A DNA stretch of 64,000 nt, taken from assembly GCA_028534125.1 (NCBI GenBank), contig CM052817.1, forward strand, positions 37,884,001 through 37,948,000, in the 5' to 3' direction. This DNA comes from Lama glama (lineage: Eukaryota). The position numbers were made by a program, and so were the translations under genes. Positions 61,340-64,000 of this stretch are shown here, in pieces (position 1 is the first letter of the stretch; each line of letters begins with the position of its first letter). Under the pieces are notes generated by a model. It was not told the origin of the DNA. It searched no databases and saw nothing but the letters and a program-made list of their open reading frames with translations.

Positions 61340-61632
61340 AGTATTGTGCAGTGGATAAGAATAAGGAATATGGAATCAGATTGTTAGGGGTTGAATTTTG
61401 GTTTTACACAAATATGTGATTTGGGGCAAGTTAGTTACCCTCCATGTGACTCAGTTTCCTAATTTGTAAAATGTGGCTAAAAGGAGTCTCTACCTCATAG
61501 GGTTATTGTTGAAACCCTATGAGATAGATAATATTTCAGTAACATTGTTATTGAAAATTAAATGAAATAATGCATGTAAAGTATTTAGTGTAGTTTTGGG
61601 TACATAGGATAAGTGCTTAATAAATTGTAGCA
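61340..61632 (+). mobile_element. MIR SINE, near full length, with an internal inverted insertion
   Basis: 'gcagtggataagaat...ggggcaagttagttacc...ctcagtttcctaatttgtaaaatg...tacctcatagggtt...atgtaaagtatttag...aagtgcttaataaat'. Confidence 0.88.
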
Positions 61633-62621
61633 AATACGAAATTTTAGTGATAACTAAACTGTATTGTTAATAGTAGTATGTGCTTTCTTCTTACACTTCC
61701 ATAGCCTCATTTTAAAACACAACTTATTTCTTCATTTAACTTATACAGTCTCTTAATTTTCCAATTCCAAATTTTCAAGACAAAAAATATGGTTGACCCA
61801 GATGACAATTTTGAACTGGATCACAAGAGGCTTTATGTAGCTGTCTGTCCTGGGTCAGCCCAGTCCAGTCAGCTGTGATGGTGGAGGTGGCTCAAAAGGT
61901 ACAAAGTATAGCTGCTTGGACAGCTGGGGCTATGGGCCTACGGACCAACATCTCTACATATGCAGTTATATATATCTACAAATATTCATGTGTATGCACT
62001 GCTTGTTTTTAAATAATTGCCTATATCTACAATGAAACAAGATTGTAGCTTAAGATAAAGAGGCTATAAATATATTAGATTTGCTTTGCCAAGTCAGGGT
62101 AATGTTGTAGTCTGTAACTGTTGGGATCCTTGGAATGCACATAAAAATCACAGAAATTGACTTTAAATAGAGTACCAATAACCTCAAGTGCTTATATATT
62201 ATATGTCTTTACATTTCTTGGTGTAAGGAATCAGTGGCAAATTGAATCTTACTGCAGAAGAGCTACTCTCCCAACTTACAGAATTCAGCAACTGCAAACT
62301 GATAAGAAATTGAATAAAGTATGTTTTAGAGGATATTGCAACCATAAAAACATTGTATCTTTATTTTTCCTTAAAAGTAGTTTTATTAGTCAGGTAGATT
62401 CCTAAAGATTGGCTTGCCATTAGGCCTAGAACTCTACGAAGTACACTAACATGTTAGGCTTAACTGCTTATCCTCAGTGCCCAGCACAAGGATTGGCACA
62501 TAGATAGTACCCAGTACATGTTTGTTGATTGAGTAATGAATGAAAATTTTCAATACACAAATTACCATATGGCTATTTAACTGATGCATTGAAATACGCT
62601 TCCTAGAACAAACAATACTAG

Positions 62622-62831
62622 CATTCATACGGAACCACAACCCCCTGGATAGTCAAGGCAATCTTGAGAAAGAACAAAGCTGGAGCCATCACACTTACAG
62701 ATTTCAAACTATATTATAAAATTATAGTAATAAAAAAGTATGATGTTGGCATAAAATTAGACATGTAAATCAATGGAACAGAATCGAGAGCCCAGAAACA
62801 AACCTGTACATATACGGTCATCTAATATTTG
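62622..62831 (+). mobile_element. Internal L1 ORF2 fragment
   Basis: Translates with frameshifts to ...KAILRKNKAGAITLTDFKLYYKIIVIK...[27 protein letters not shown], the typical L1 ORF2 region after RT. Confidence 0.9.
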
Positions 62832-63594
62832 CCATGCATATCAGGTTTTCACTTGTAATAACACAGTTTTCCTGAGTGGGCATGGTTAAGGCTAGTCTTG
62901 AAGTATCACCCCTTGAATTACTTCCAAGGACTGACTCATGTAGTTATTTGGAATGATAGATTAAGCGGTAAGAAACTTGGCAAGTCATTTTGGCTAAATG
63001 CCTCTATTAGTCTTTTCTACCCTGTCTTTTAAACTTGGCTCCTGGGATAGTTCAGATAAAGAGACTGTCCACAAATTCTTTAAATTTATCTGAAGTAAAT
63101 GCAAATCCTTTTGAGAAATAACAGTGTCTCATTATCCACATATAGCAATGGACTGTCTTCAATATTCTATATCATCAATTGTCAGTAAATATGTAGGGCA
63201 GATTCTTTTGCAGCTTTTGCTAAAATGTCAGTCTGCATTTTTAGCAATATATTTTTTATTACTATATCTATTTTCTTAGCAAAAATGCCCTTTCTTCTCT
63301 AAAGCGACTGTGTATCTCAAAAAGAAGCATAAGAATTGAGTATAACAGTTATTGAGCACTTACTCTGTTCCAGGCGCTGGATTGCTCTTCTGATTAGATC
63401 CTGAGTCTGATCTTTAGCTTTTTTTCCCCTCCAGCTGCAAGAAATGAGAATCCCTTCATATGCTGTGAGGGAGATCCTCTGACTTGCATACTTGGTCATT
63501 ACCCAATGATTAATCACCTTCCGCCTTCCATTGCTTTTCTCAAATACATTGACATTTCCTAGCAGTAGCCTTTTGATCCCATGGTACTTAAAAA

Positions 63595-64000
63595 AAAAAT
63601 TTCATTAACACTTTATTTTAGAATAGTTTTGGATATACAGAAAATTTGCAGATAGCTCAGCGAATTTCCGTATATTGTTGACTCAATTCCCTCTAGTTGT
63701 TAGCATCCTACGTCACCATGATATATTTGTCATGTTTGGTCATCATGTTTTCCTAGACTTCTCTGGTCTGTGAATAGTTTCTTAGACTTTCCTTGTCCTC
63801 AGTGCTTAATATTTTTGAGGCAAACTGGTCAAGTTTGTTTTCTTTTTTTCAGAATATCTTTTGATTTGGGTTTGTCTGATGCTTCTCTTGTGGTTAGACT
63901 GGGGTCAGAAGTTTTTGGGAAAAGCCCACAAAGTTGAAATGCCATTCTCATCACATCATATAGAAGGTGCATGCAATCAATATGACTTATCACTGATGAT
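63595..64000 (-). mobile_element. Old L1 (L1MC/MB-like) 3'UTR fragment, running off the window
   Basis: 'tttattttagaatagttttggatatacagaaaa...ttgggtttgtctgatgcttctcttgtggttagactgggg...tgccattctcatcacatcata'. Confidence 0.75.

Overview
AT-rich mammalian non-coding DNA, almost certainly camelid, because it carries four tRNA-Ala-derived vic-1-type SINEs. Two fixed 500-N scaffold gaps split it into three contigs. I cannot support any intact protein-coding gene, RNA gene or CRISPR array. The ORF track is explained by chance ORFs, N-runs and transposon relics. The window is dominated by old interspersed repeats: L2, MIR, L1 3' ends, MaLR/ERVL/ERV1 solo LTRs and hAT MITEs (MER5A, MER20, MER53). It also holds a ~3.1 kb internally deleted class-III (ERVL-like) provirus on the minus strand at 57110-60179, with two LTRs and decayed protease, RT and tether motifs. 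LTR orientation weakly suggests introns of a plus-strand gene, and a few candidate cassette or non-coding exons and enhancer-like motif clusters are visible, including an RFX X-box, CREs, an ARE and tandem NBREs. I did not find a convincing novel biological system. The most unusual local signals are a strongly GC/CpG-shifted MER20 with a G4 motif, a snap-back inverted insertion inside a MIR, an inverted L1 pair and a CRE/ETS site present in only one proviral LTR. Repeat family names come from remembered consensus sequences and need RepeatMasker/Dfam confirmation. Boundaries without a target-site duplication (TSD) are approximate.
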